DNA of 64,000 bases from assembly GCA_038496445.1 (NCBI GenBank), contig JALMLS010000376.1, forward strand, positions 792,201 through 856,200. The letters are read 5' to 3'. Under the pieces are notes generated by a model, which had not been told where the DNA came from, made no database searches, and saw nothing but the letters and a program-made list of their open reading frames with translations. How positions within the stretch are numbered: the first letter of the stretch is position 1; the number at the start of each line of letters is the position of its first letter. Below are positions 26,801 to 40,110 of the stretch, one piece after another. Position numbers and translations under genes: made by a program. Origin of the DNA: Trichosphaerium sp. ATCC 40318. Taxonomy: Eukaryota; Protista; Tubulinea.

Positions 26801-27748
26801 TCATCTTCATTTACTTTTGTATTATTAAATCCTTTCAAAGGTACACCAAAGTTGTAAATCATGCGCATAGCAGACACCCTAACAACGTTTGTTAGCTAAA
26901 ACTCAAAATAATTCCTTTATATTCAATACGTACTTGGTAGTGGTGTTACCAAACCCAGTGTCAAACAACGTTAAGCGCAAGTTCTTGCTCTGCTGTTAGT
27001 ACCAAAAAAACACAATGTTCGATTGTACCTGCTCTTCTTCTGTTGTGCCAATTGCAAGAGCTTGCGTTACTTGCGAAATATTTGCACCAATTGAAGCAGC
27101 AACATCGAATACATTAAAGTTGACCGCAGGAGAGCCATCGGCTAAAAGAGAAAAAAAATAAGATGACAATAGTTTCCTTTAAATGCCGTTACCCTTCAAC
27201 CACTGTTGTGCAGCATAGCCTCCTCTAGATACAATATAGTCATGCAACTGCGTTACTTGTTCCAGTCGAGGTGAAGTAAGCAAGTCAGCGTCTAAATTCG
27301 ATAGTGAACACAAGGTAACCTGTAACTTACTATTGTACCTTCAGGCTCAGCAAATACTGTCAGTGATAAATCGTAATCAGGTCTTGATCTCTCGGGTTGT
27401 ACAACCTTTGGTCTTTGTTAGCAAAATCAAGCTCTTAAGCGAAATCTTGTCATCATAGTACACTGCTTGATAACTCTGGGTCATCAACTTCGTCCTGTGC
27501 AATCGAGAACGCTTCGTATCTGTCGGCTATGTCGCTTTGTACTCTTTTTTTTGTTATTGTTAGACACAATAACAGCTGTTTGCAACGTACGAGTTAAGAA
27601 CACCTTGTGAGTCAAGGGTAAACGGAAAAACAGCCACAGAAAGCGCGGACATTACTACACATACGCCAAGAGCTATCCCAAACACAATCCAGGTGCGTTT
27701 TATAAGTAAATTTGTAAACCAGTACGTGGTAGGCTCCGCGCTTGACAT
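23864..27748 (-). CDS. Dispatched/Patched-family RND membrane protein (sterol-sensing domain)
   Basis: IVAIGTDDEFVFMDAW, AMLITTVTTAGAFYAN..SIPSIRNFG, LGWQLGIVEAISIAVLAGLSVDYTLH, GISLVSASITT. About 20 exons. Confidence 0.92.
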
Positions 27749-28200
27749 GGTTAACGTATGGTCTTGTGGTGTTGTTTAGAGCAGACTTTTAATTTAATTA
27801 ACGACGAAACCTATTTAGTCTCAAATTGACTCGTTTTCGCTGACTTAAACATGATAACCGGGCAAAAAAACACTCCGAGGTTACATGTAGTCTTAAAGTA
27901 TACTATAGATGGAAATAAACCTTGTTATGTAGGAACTTCTTATTATCCGAGATAAAATACTGTTTTTTTTATTTTTCCGCAGTTAAGTGAGCTGCTGCAA
28001 TCAACATGTGAAAGGTATGAGTAATTTTTCTTTACTTAGTTATATTTCCAATAATAATACGTTGCAGAGAAAACAAATTGCACTATCTACATAACCAGAT
28101 AAACATGTAAGCACTCTTTTTTCAAAACCTAGTTTTTGTATTTGAAACAACCACACCAAAAGTCTTTCCGCGTCATTGACATGTTCTACTGATTTCTGTT

Positions 28201-28366
28201 CATGAAGAATGGTATTACAATGGACAACTAAAGTGCCAATCTATGTGGGTTAATGGTATACAGCATGGTGAAAGTAAATTGGTATGAGAACGGAGAGCTT
28301 CAAAGGCAAACCATGTGGATTGAGGGCGTTCAACAAAGCTTATGCTGTCTCTTCTTTAGTTTTTAA
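28201..28366 (+). pseudogene. Remnant of a MORN-variant repeat gene
   Basis: HEEWYYNGQLKCQSMWVNGIQHGESK, then a frameshift near 28280, then WYENGELQRQTMWIEGVQQ. No start codon or N-terminal domain is evident. Confidence 0.7.
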
Positions 28367-28559
28367 ACATTGCACGATAAAACACATTGTAATTCCCACC
28401 AGGCAACTGTAATAATAAAAGTTTCTGAAAGGAACAAGTTTTTTATTGACTTGAGTACTACAACTAAGTTCGGCAAAAAAATAACATCTCAGCTTTTGAC
28501 ATCAACAGAAAGTCAAATCAAGAAGAATGTTGGAAAACTACTTGTCGATTTACAAAAAT

Positions 28560-30379
28560 CTACAAGTTTGCTGAAAGAACACCATTAGATCCTTTAGGAG
28601 GTGATTCCATAAAAGCAGGATTCTCATCCTTGTCAGGTAACACTACAAAAAAGTTAAACTTGTGCCTTTAAAAAAAAAGGCAAAAAAAAACGTACTCAAC
28701 ATTATGCGCCACCATGGTAAATTCTCACCACCTTCTCTTCCCTTTGGAATACCAGAACCCTTTGGTATATATTAGAGTCAAATAGAATAGATTTTAAACG
28801 TACGTATAAGCTCCATGGAGCAGGAAAGTAAAAAAAGTACCAGAAAATGCTTACAAAAATGCAAACAATTGGTCCCCAAGCAACATCCACTTCATGATGT
28901 CTAAAATTAACTTAGCGATCAAGTGCGCACCAATTAATTATATCCACATACCTAAAATCGACAATACGCGTTAGGCCAACCCAATGAGCTACTGAAAGGA
29001 AGGCCAAACAAAAGACATATGAAATAGTTGGAGAAGCTCGTTTAGGAATAAACCATGGGTTTTTTCCCATGATGTAAAAGCATGTGTATAGGCCGGATCC
29101 CCACAATAGAGCACCATGACCTTAGGTAATACGTTAGCATTAATGTTAAGACAATGAACCAACTGACAATCGTACCAGATACAAATGACCAACGCTCATT
29201 TTCCAAATCATCATTGTTTAAACAAAATGGAACGTCTTCGAGACCAGCTGGTCTCTTGCCATTGTCAAAGCCAGATGGATCATTAAAGACCCTCAAGGAA
29301 CTATTGAATAGAGGATTTATCTATTTAGAAGGTCAACAGATTAATATAGCTAGAATATACGAAAAAAAAACAAGAAAAGAAAAGGAGTCATTTTTGTACC
29401 TCACACTCTACGAAAAAAGTAGGACGGAACTTTCCTCTGGAAGATCTGGTCAATTGTAATGCCCAGAACATACTGGCGACAACACCAAGCTACAAGATAC
29501 AAAATAAGTGAACAGAATTGAGAATAAATGACGTCGTACAAAACCAACCATAAAATGGTGAATGTCTTGTAGTCCGAATCGCGGAACCATCCATATTTGA
29601 GCTATTAAAGCCACGGCAATAGGTGGTAGGAATATGAGAGGGAATAGAAGTTGTGTAGGAACTTGTATAGTTGGTTGTGGGCGAGTAAAAAGTGGACTTC
29701 ATTTTCGTTGAAGTACTGCAAAAAAATGTTAAAAACAGCAAAAACCAAATAACACGTGATGAGGTAAAGAGTAAACAACTGTTTTTGCGTCGATTAAGCA
29801 CTTTCAAATTTCGGGGGAATTAAATTTTGGGGTTTAACAGAGTTAGCTCAGTACGGCGTGCTAAGCTCAATTTTTAATTCCGGCGGCGAATTTTTAGGGT
29901 TTTTTGTTCTTCTCAAAAATCACTGCTGGGAACTAAAGAGGCTTTTTCGTTACGTCAAGAACGATTTAAAAGAGGTGAGAGTGATAAACCAAAACAGGAA
30001 TAAAAGGCATGAAGAGATAAAATCTTAACCTTTTGAAGCTTGTAGATTACGTACCACGTAAGGATCTATCTCTACTGTAAAGGAAATGAAGAACCAAATC
30101 GCTACGAATACAGCAATCGCGAATATGACGAAGTAATCCTACAATCCGTTAAAATAGAGTGTATTAACATAAAAACGCTGTTTGATGCAATTTAAAGCAG
30201 GAACAATAATCTCAGTACATTAATTGTTCAAAGGCCCTTTATACAGCTACTGGTTGTATGAAGATCTGTTTAACGCGTTGTTGTAGAAAAGTAGTGGCTT
30301 TAAAGCCTATGAGTAATTATTATGTGCTTACCATTATGTAGGTGCGGTTCCACCATTTGCATAAGTCTTTGGAGCCCAT
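28560..30379 (-). CDS. PAP2-family lipid phosphate phosphatase (DPP1/LPP-like); apparent frameshift near 29698
   Basis: C1 motif RSSRGKFRP, C2 SFVSGH and C3 TRIVDFRHHEVD. N-terminal exons are MGSKDLCKWWNRTYIM and DYFVIFAIAVF. Confidence 0.85.
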
Positions 30380-31450
30380 GATGCTGTCCTTATGTTTCTC
30401 CGCAAGCTATGAAAATAGTTTACTTTTAAATAAATAAAAATGAAAAGTAAAATAAAGTAAATGGCGTCATGGTACCGGCAAAACTGGCGGACTACTACAA
30501 ACTTAACAATGTTGGACGCTGTGTTGGTAAATACACTATTGTACCGACTGCAGGTTAAACAGTTCTACCGGTTACGGGCAAACTAAACTGTGCTGTCGAC
30601 GCTTGTTGACGCCCAAGTTTTAAACAACTTACCTTTTTTGCTTTTGCATCACAAATACGATTAAAGTAGAGAACAATAGGTGATAAACGAGTAGGGGGTA
30701 CGTACAGGTACAAAAATCGTATAGTAGTTCGGAAAATCGTTTTTCCTTTTTTGTATTAAAGCAAATGAGGAAACCAAGAACTTCTCGTTGTAGTGCCTAT
30801 TCCGGCGGTAGGGGTGTATGATAAAAGACTACTGTTTTATAAGTTGTAGGTGTACACAATCTATAGAGACACCAAGGCGTTGTATTTCTCCTTTTTAAAA
30901 TCACGTGATTTGGTATTTTCACTACTTTTCGTTGGAAAACTTTTGGAATCCAGTTCGTTTGTACTCAGCATTGTCAAAAAGGCAAATCGCATCCTGTAGT
31001 TTCAGCTCAAGGTATGAATATATAACCATTGTTCTTACTGAATTCCTCTTCCCTAAAGGTAAAGGATGCTGTGATCAAGCACTATTGTTGGGTCTCTAAA
31101 ATCGTCATTTATGGCAATTCTTCATCTAAATAAACAAGTCCGTTACACCTCACAAACAATTTTACTGACTTAAGGGCGTCACCCTAAACAATCTTAATCT
31201 ACTGTGTCTTAGCAATGATAGTGGTAGCGTTTTGAAACCAAATGTTAATCACCTTCGAGCAGATGAATATCCAAGAAAACAGTTGGACTTTTCAAAAAAA
31301 AAAACAGCCTTTGATTTATTTTATGTTCAATAAAAACAATGACAAAGTTTCGTTGGTAATTTTGTGGTTTGTGATTAAATAAATAAGTTGCTCACAACAA
31401 GCAAAAATGGTTTAAGCGAGAAAGAAAAACACTACGTGTTTGTTTCCTTT

Positions 31451-32834
31451 TCATTTTTGGCCCTTCCTTATGCCTACGTAGTATTTACTACCGGATAATG
31501 TGGTAACATACTCAAGGTCATCAATACGTTCCATTTCTACACACCTGTTTATTAAGTGAGTTAATGAAATAGTTCATTGATTAAAAAAAGAATGTACCAT
31601 GATTTAAAGGTGCCGTCAATAAAGTAAAATTTTTCGATTGGAGATGTCCTATACATTGCTAAATCTTGGTCCCATGAAGGTCTACCTGCAAGCATAACAT
31701 CGCCTAAAATATTATAAGAATACGTAACAAGAAAACAAGCAAATGCCACAATGGGGTACCATGAAAATTAATTCACAAAATTCAAAAAAAAAAACAACAA
31801 AGAAGAGTTGTTCGTACCTGGAGTTTCAAAGTTAATGAATTCCCATTCAAGAAGGTATTTTCTTGTGGGATCACTCTTATACTGTGTTGTAAGCCTTGTA
31901 AGTTTCTAAAATTATCTAGTTAATACGATACAGCTTTTTTCTTTGATTACCTGTTTCATTGCATAAAGTTCCTCTTTTAGTAGTAAAAATCGCTTTGTTT
32001 CTTCTTCAGATAACCCTAGTTCTTCTAGATCCTCTTCCAAAACGTCATCCAAACACTCAAAACCTATACAAAATTACAACGGATACTTTCAAGAGCGTCA
32101 ATCAATCGCGTGTCAAACAAGAAAAATTTCAAAAAAAGTTGAGTTTTTCCCAATCACACTGCCTTCTTCTCGCTCCATCAGACGCGTGCCTTCAAGTAGT
32201 AATCTTTCTTTATACTCTTCAAATCCATTATCTTCCAAAAACAACTCTAGCTCTTGTTGGGGAGTCTGTGTAACTACTGTTTTTTCCCACCAATTATCTA
32301 AGTCTCTAGCCATACCAGACAGAGAATTACTATCTACACTCCTATTTTAACGGCATTAGATACAAAACAACAAAACAAAAAAAATAATTACTGTCGTTTT
32401 GTGTCTATCGCAACGGCTATACTCGGTTTCGCCTTTAGTTTCGCTCTTTTAGTCTCTGAGTCCATAGACTCAAGTTCTACGCCTTCGGACTTGTTCTTTT
32501 TCGTCTTCTTTTTTGACTTTTTTTTGCTTTTAGCCTTTTTCACCTTTTCTTTACTACTACTCGCTGTATCAAGCTCTTGTTCGCTCTTTGCGTCAATATC
32601 CTCTTTCGACTAACGAAATGTTACCACATAAAAAACAGCGCTTACGCGTACATTCTCACTGCTAGAGGTACCTGAATCGCTAGCTTCGTTATCGCTTTGT
32701 ATATTCTTTTTCTTTTCTGTGGTACCCTTAGCTTTAGCTTTACCAGCGCCTTTCTTTGCTTTTGGCGACTCTATTGCGCCTTTACTCTTTTGTTTTGGTT
32801 CTGGCGCTTCTTCTGTAGATCCACAACAACCCAT
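31451..32834 (-). CDS. Dually acylated (MGCCGS) protein with K/S-rich linker, SAM domain and small C-terminal beta domain
   Basis: N-terminus MGCCGS. SAM-like segment ELELFLEDNGFEEYKERLLLEGFECLDDVLEEDLEELGLSEEETKRFL. C-terminus ..YRTSPI..YVTTLSGSKYYVG. Confidence 0.75.
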
Positions 32835-33270
32835 GGTGGTTTACGCAATATACAATTGAAAAGTCGTGTAGCCTAGTACGTTTTTTCTTTTGATTCCGAC
32901 ACTTCGTAAAAAAATTGAAAAGTTTTGAGTTTTCAAATGTCAATCTGTGAGTGCGGTTTTTTTGGATGAACCAACTCAGAACTACACCGTGCTATCTAGT
33001 GACGGTAACAGAATTCGTATATTTTGAAGGTGTAAGCAAACCTTTGCACATTTGACCTTCCTTGTGCTTTGTGAGGTATGTAATAAGCTCAGTGACGCGG
33101 ACACGTGCACAAAAAGTAGGATGTCGGCACTAATGGGTTTAACGGAAAGCATACCTTCACTGAACATTTTTCAAGTGTTGAGCAACTTTTCTGAACCTCT
33201 TGTGATTTTTTTATTTCTGTATTTTTTTTGAAATAAAGGACCAAAAAAAGAACCACCAGCGAGGCCTAAG

Positions 33271-36200
33271 ATGGTACGCTTGCTTCCCTCGGCATGCGAG
33301 TTTAAATAACATGCTACTAGGGCAAGGGCGGTGAGCTGCCAAAGGTAGTATTATTATTTGTATATATTGCCAAGTTTCTTGGCTACGTATGCGCCTTTAT
33401 TGCTGCGCCATCTACTCTTTACTTGCTTTTATGCACAGTACGACTACTTTGTTTAATTTATCGTTAAATTAGTCTATAGACGATAGCGAAGGCGAATTTA
33501 TGGCTGTCAAAGCATATGGCAGCTCTAGTATTGCTTTGGTTTCCAAGATGGCTTATTGTGTACGCCGTTAGGCTAAAACATTTAACACACGCTAAAATCA
33601 AGCGCTAGAACGTTGTTCTTTCCTTTTTGCATAGCTCAGCCATAGGAGTGCTTTTACTTTTCAGATACGGTATAAACCTTTCCTGGGGTGCATCAGCCGG
33701 TATTGCAGTGGCTTTCTTAGGTACATTTTTAGAATCTACAAAAATAAAAATAACTAACAAATACTTCTCTCACTAGCCTTACAAATAATTGGCGCAATAT
33801 ACACAGCGTTTGATGGATTTATTTCAAAATTCTACAAGAAACACATAAAATGGTAAACGTGGTTTTTTTTTGGGTTTTGCAAAATTTTCTTGCCACAACC
33901 ATAAAACCAAAGATCGAATACGTTTTCTCACGTGCTTTTAGGACTGGCGATAGAGGTTACTGGACATTATTCTGGCAAGCACAATTCGATTTAATTGGTG
34001 CTACATGTTTGTTCTTTATTGGTATCACATTGATAAGGCACGTGGCTAACCACGTGTGTGGGTTTTTAATTAATTTCGTTTTTTCTCTTTAGGATACCTG
34101 GGACTATACTAGGCCTGCTTTATGCTACTAAACAAACAAAAAGCAGACGTGTTGTAATGTTAAAACAGGTTGGTTTGATATTCCTAGACATTGCTACATT
34201 CCCATTTGCTTTACTCTTCTTGTTCTTTCCATGGAGGTGGCCAAAGTACAGTAGAAAACTAAAAAAAGTACGTTGTGTTTATTGATTAATTTAGAAGAGT
34301 CATTGGAACCTAACACTCTTTTTTCTTCATTAGTTGACTGATATGAAAACTCGAAAAGTTTGCAATGTTCCAACAACAAGGTTTTATATGATGTATTTAG
34401 TACTTCATGGGTTGCTGGGTATGTAATAGCTTTTTTTTTCTTAATTTGTGTAACATGTATTATCTAGATGTTGTTGTATTCTTCTTTGGTTCTTTACTCT
34501 TGTTGTTGCTTCCTTGGCGCATTTATTGTTTTTTCCTTCACAGAGACGAGTTAAAAGACGACGAAAAGACTAACCCTTCGAAACTAAGAAACTTGATGCT
34601 AGCAGAAATATTGTTTGCTTTGGTTGATATTCCTGTATTATTCTTGAGCCTTATCGTGGTTATAACTTTCTACCGTCTTCCATCACTCATTCTCTGGTTG
34701 TACAAGGTAAATTAAAGGTCTGGCTAAAAGACATGTAACTAACGAGTTTTAGGGTAAGAAGCAAAAGCACAGATGGGGAGCTGTTGGTCTGGCTGCTTTG
34801 CTAATCCTCTATGATTTCTTCACATTTTTTGCAATGTTTTGCTGCTTGCTATCTGTTTATCGCTTCTATATTGTGATGAAGAAGCTCATAATAGTACGTA
34901 CATAATTATGTGACATCTGCCATCTTTTGAGTGAAACCAACCTTTTACATTATTTTATAGAGAACACCAACTTGGGCATTTGGAACACGGACAGCGAATG
35001 AATGGGAACCAAGCGACCCGCGAGGACAATGGGAAATTACCAAAGCATTTTTTTCGTACGAGCTTAATGAAGAAATTCAGCAAGTTAACGTTGATTTTGC
35101 TTTGTAGACTTATTAAGGATTTGCCGTTTATTTTTATGGCTTTATTAATTACTATACTTCTTTGGAGAGCTCCTTTATTATATTACGATATGTATAAGAA
35201 TGGCGGTACAGATAGTAGGCGCAAGATAATCCTCAAGTAAGCTGTTATTTTTTATAAACTCTTCTGGTTTTTTATCTTTCTAACTGTTGTACTAAGGCAC
35301 TTTGGATTACTTTTTTTGGATATTGTTGACTTTCCTTTCATTCTCATGTCGATTATTATATTGATTACAGTATGGAGAGCGCCTGCTTTTGTCCATGAGG
35401 TAATATTCATTTTGTTGCGTTATTTATCTCATGTTTTTTTGTACCAGGTAAAAAAAGCGCTTAAGAAAGGTAAAAACACGTGGGATAAACGTAACAAACT
35501 TCGTATGACTGTTTGTTGGCAAACATTATACTGGCTACTGGATATTCCAACAGCTTTTGCGCTTGTCGTTGTTACAATAACTGTCTATCGCTTTAAGCCA
35601 ATGGCATCGTAAGTTTGGCAATTGTACTTGTGAAATAACTTTTCGTTTAGTGGAATAAAAAAGAGCTATAATGCTTACTGGAATGAAGACACTGCAGCAC
35701 CAGCTAACCCACCAGCTGGAGCGCTTGCTCCTAATGATGATGCGGGTAGTGATGATGAAGAGAATCCAACACCTAAAAACCGTAAAGGAGATAAGCATTG
35801 GCATATTGCTGTATGTTCACTTTTAAACCCGCTTGTAAAGCTCAGACTTGAATAGGTTTGGCGCGAGTTTGGCGGTCTTCTTATGGATGTCCCTTTCCCT
35901 ATACTTGCTTTATTTACTCTATGGCGCATGCCTTGGCTTTGTATTCGTATGAAGGAGTGCGATACAGCAATGGAAAGGCGTATAGCTGTTTTAAGGACAT
36001 TATTGCAAGTTGCTAAAGATATTCCTTGCAGTTTGTTCTTCATCATTCTTATACTCAGTGGATGGCGTACAATGAGCGTTGTCGGACTTTTCAAGAAGTA
36101 TAAGAGAGGCGACGATGAGCACTTGATGCTTATGAAAGTATTTCTCCAGTTCCTTATCGATATTCCGTTTGTGGTAAGTATCAAAGCGTGCCTACTGTAG

Positions 36201-39200
36201 CAATTTGCTGGAACGATCTTAACACCTTTTTCGTTTAGGTTATGGGTTTCTTTACAATATTATCCCCACTTCGATTTGTTGTTATGTGGATTTGCATTGT
36301 AAAAGCAGTACGCCTTTCTTTTCTTTTTTCGAAGAACATTGTTAACAATGAACTGTTCAATTAATATCTTTGAAAAAATAGAAAAAAACTAAAGATGAAT
36401 CGCTTGCAAAATTAAGAAGATATGCGGCTCTCATTTTCTTTCTTGTCACGCTTGGAGATTACCTATTTGGGGTGCTGAGTACGTTTTTCTGATAACAATG
36501 ATATCTTTTTTGACTATTCTTAGCTCTATTGTGCATGTTGGCACCATGGCGTATGTTCACATATGTTTACTTGGTTAGAAAGTTTTTCACCAAGCATGAA
36601 AACAGAAACAAACTTAGTGATCCACCTCATTTTACTTATGTAAGCAAAAAAGCCACAAAAAGTCTTCTTTGAATGGCCTTGACTTTTAATTGCTCACTAA
36701 CAAAATCACTAGACTTTCGCATGGTGGGAAGCTACTTATACTACTGGTTACCTCATCCTTATGGACTTGTTGACTATCGTGAATATTTTTATAACAATGC
36801 TTTCGGTTGTTCATTTCGTGTCATTGTTGTATAGACTCTACAAAATGATGTCTACATTCAAATCACTGAATAAACCAGCACCGGCACCTGCACCGACTGC
36901 AAACGATGACACAGCTGCACCCGCACCTATAGCGCCTGCTGCAGCTCCAGTATATGATGGCGATTTAAGACATGTACGATAGCAACAACTTTGGGCAGTT
37001 CTTGGTTATTTACTGTTTTCCAGGCAACAAAAATTAAAAAGAGGGAAGAAGGAATGGATGCTCCTGCTTCTTTATCGTTTTTAAGACAGTTAGCTGCTTT
37101 TGAGATGATAGATACTTTCAGGCATATCCCGCATGTAGTATTACTTCCTATCAAAGCTGTTGGTTTGCTTTATATTCCATTACATATATACTTGAAATGG
37201 CGTACAAAAAGAAGAGTCAAAAAAGGAACTCAGAAAAAAATTAATGATCCTTCAATGTCTTTCCTTAGTTACCCACTAAATTGGCTTCATCGTACGCTAT
37301 TTATTACTCAGTTTGATTTTTTTAACAGCGTGTTTAGATACGAGTAAGACACGTATGACATTTTGGGGAATGCACGAATTTGCAATTATTAACACTGTTG
37401 CTATTTTATTCGTTCTTCCGAATGAGCTTGGTGCTATACCTGCTGCTTTGAACTTACTATTTATGCTTATATTCACTGTATTTTCTCCTTTCTGGAAATC
37501 AATACGTGAAGGTACGTCAAACTAGAGGCTCTTCTAGTTCTCCTCATTATGTTGTTCGCCAACTTATTTTTTTTTTATAGCTTTTGGATGGTTTGCTCTG
37601 GGTGGCGCACCTGGTGGTTTAATGATGGTTATCGATAGCATTCTCATGGTATTGGTGCTAATTAGTGTTCCAATATTCTTGTTCTTGCAATTCTTGCTCA
37701 TATTTATGCCACTCTGGTTATTCAACTTGACATCAGCAAGTGGTATCTCTTCAGCGAATGATTTCTTCAGAGCCATTTTTTCTTCTAGGGAATTTTGGCA
37801 GTCTATTGGAGACTTAAAGTACTACTACTGGATCCTATGGGTGCGTTTTTGAAAGGATACGCATAACATTAATGTCAACTTAGGGTTACTGGCTCTTGAT
37901 TATGGCAGCTCAATATCATATTTTGATAAAAGCGAGAGCAAGGTGGATTCCAATGTATGATCCACTACTCTCATTTTTATGGTTTTTACAACGTGTTCTC
38001 GCGGGCACTGTTTTCCGTGCTTACAAAGCTCTTTTGGGTGTACCTACAAGATTCAGTTATAAGCGAAAAAACACGTGTTGTTGCTTGGGTGAAGTCATTA
38101 TGTTCCCACTTGTACGAAGTTCGTTATTTCTTTCATTTCTAATTGTTTTTGTAAACAGGTTATATTGTGGACTATGTGGCCAGTTGCTATTCCTATTGTT
38201 GTAGCTCTTGTTATTAATGACAAGCGGGCATATTATGGTATTATTTGTGCAGCTCCTATTGTATGCGCATTCTTATGGTTTGGTCTTTTTTCGAAGAAAT
38301 CAGTTATACGATCAAACTGGAGAAATGTACGTTCTTGAGCACACATCTTTTCTCTATAGAAACAACTTTGTTTGTTTATTATAAGCTTATACTTACGCCG
38401 TCTAGATACCTCCTAAGAACAAGTCGAAAGTGCCTGTATGTCAAGTAACAAACGCTCATGTAGAATTTCCTAGCGCAGGAGGAGTTACTTTTGTCGTACA
38501 AGGAAACAGACCTCCTACTATGAAAGTTGATCAAGCTAGACTATACTTGGAAGGACAAGAATTCTGGAATGCCTTAAGAAAGATAGCTGGAAACAAGGCA
38601 GTATCAGCATTTAAGATGGCAATGTATCCTGTCATTCTTATGCCAAAGTTTATGGCTCCTAATCAGTTTGCGAATGGTGTAACTCTTCTAAATGTTCGAT
38701 TCGGCATTCCTGGTACTATATCGTTCCTTGGAAAGAATTTCACTGTTAAGAAGAAGGATGTTGTTAATATGTTCAATAATATGGTAAAAGAAGGTGATCC
38801 AGAAGTAGAGTTTGTTATCGATTATGGTGAAACAAAATATGGGTATCAACGATCAGGTTATATGCTTAAACTTAAAATTAAATTCTCAGATGTACTTAAA
38901 GCTGCTAATGATAACCTTGATCTACTCTCTGGAGGTACGTATTGTAGTCAATATGTTTGATACTGGCCGTTCTTAAGCTTTTTTGTAGAGCCACGTGATG
39001 GCGGTTTTGATGATGGAAGTGGGGCAATTGCTACACAAACCAAGACGGTGAATTTAGGAACCGACACGGATATCCCTGTTGTTGATTATGAAAGCGATGG
39101 CAAATTCTCTGCGAATGCACAACACTATAGCTTTCAAGAGCAAGATGGAGAAGCTGATGATTTAAAGGGATCTAAAGGAGTTCAAATGAAGACTGTTTCG

Positions 39201-39662
39201 CGTAAGAAAAAATCAAGAAAAGAGCCTCAGGATTCTCCTTCAGCAAGTGAAGTTGATGATGATGAAGATGATGAAGATGTACTTATAACAGGTGCACGTG
39301 TTAAGAAACCTAGGAAAAAGGTTTCAAAAGAGAATGCCGAAAACGAAGATAAATCAGGTTCGTTATCTGAAACACCTGCTTCTGGTTCCTTGGAAGAAAG
39401 TGAGTCATCTAGTTCAGAAGGTGGTGATGGGAAGAAGAGTGTAGAAGATACTATGATCGAAAAAATAGATGCTAGTCAGCCTGACGTTGCTGTCTCATCT
39501 AGTGAAAAGGAAAATGAATCACCGCCTCAAAATTACAATGAAGCTGATGTACTAAAACTTTCTGCTATGGGATTCACAGATGTTCAAGCAAGAAATGCAT
39601 TAGTAGCTATGAATGGAAACTTAGAAGCGGCAGCTAATCTTCTACTGAACCAAGCATCTTAA
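33271..39662 (+). CDS. Very large polytopic membrane protein with ~13 D-x-P...(W/Y)R repeats, acidic tail and C-terminal UBA domain
   Basis: More than 20 GT-AG/GC-AG exons encode repeated hydrophobic units (e.g. DLPFIFMALLITILLWRAP, DFPFILMSIIILITVWRAP). The last exon has a UBA: DVLKLSAMGFTDVQARNALVAMNGNLEAAANLLL. Confidence 0.8.
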
Positions 39663-40110
39663 TTAACGAGAAAAGAAAAGAAAAAAAAGAATTGTACAGT
39701 TAAATAAAAACTTATCTCATTACACTCGCTTACTTATTGTGCTTTTGGGAGCTGTGCTCTGAAAAGCGTTAGTGCAACTAGAGTCCTGATGTATATCAGA
39801 AAAACTCTAAAGTCATTACACGTCACATTGCAATGATGCAATGAAAAAATAAACAAAAAATGGAATGTTGATAATCTAGGGCAATTCCTTTATGTCAACA
39901 CAAAACGTGTTAGCATTGTGCGAGTAATCCTGTCATTGCAAAGAAACTCAAAAACCAATCAGCTTTTTTGCCTTATGGCTCACACAGTCCCTGAACCGCA
40001 TGTAAATAAATATAATCTACTACGCCAATAAAGGCCATACAGATGCTAAATGAACTAAACGCTTATGTACAACAGTTTCTTTATTTCTATAAAATTCTGT
40101 ATTTGAATTC

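Noticed and set aside
20332-30379. Functional lipid-signalling cluster (PLAT, GPCR, Dispatched-like, PAP2)
   Set aside because: Adjacency alone is weak evidence in a eukaryote, and I see no shared regulatory signature.
30420-31440. Possible small gene in the gap upstream of PAP2
   Set aside because: No coherent coding frame. The splice-like signals fit 5'-UTR introns of PAP2.
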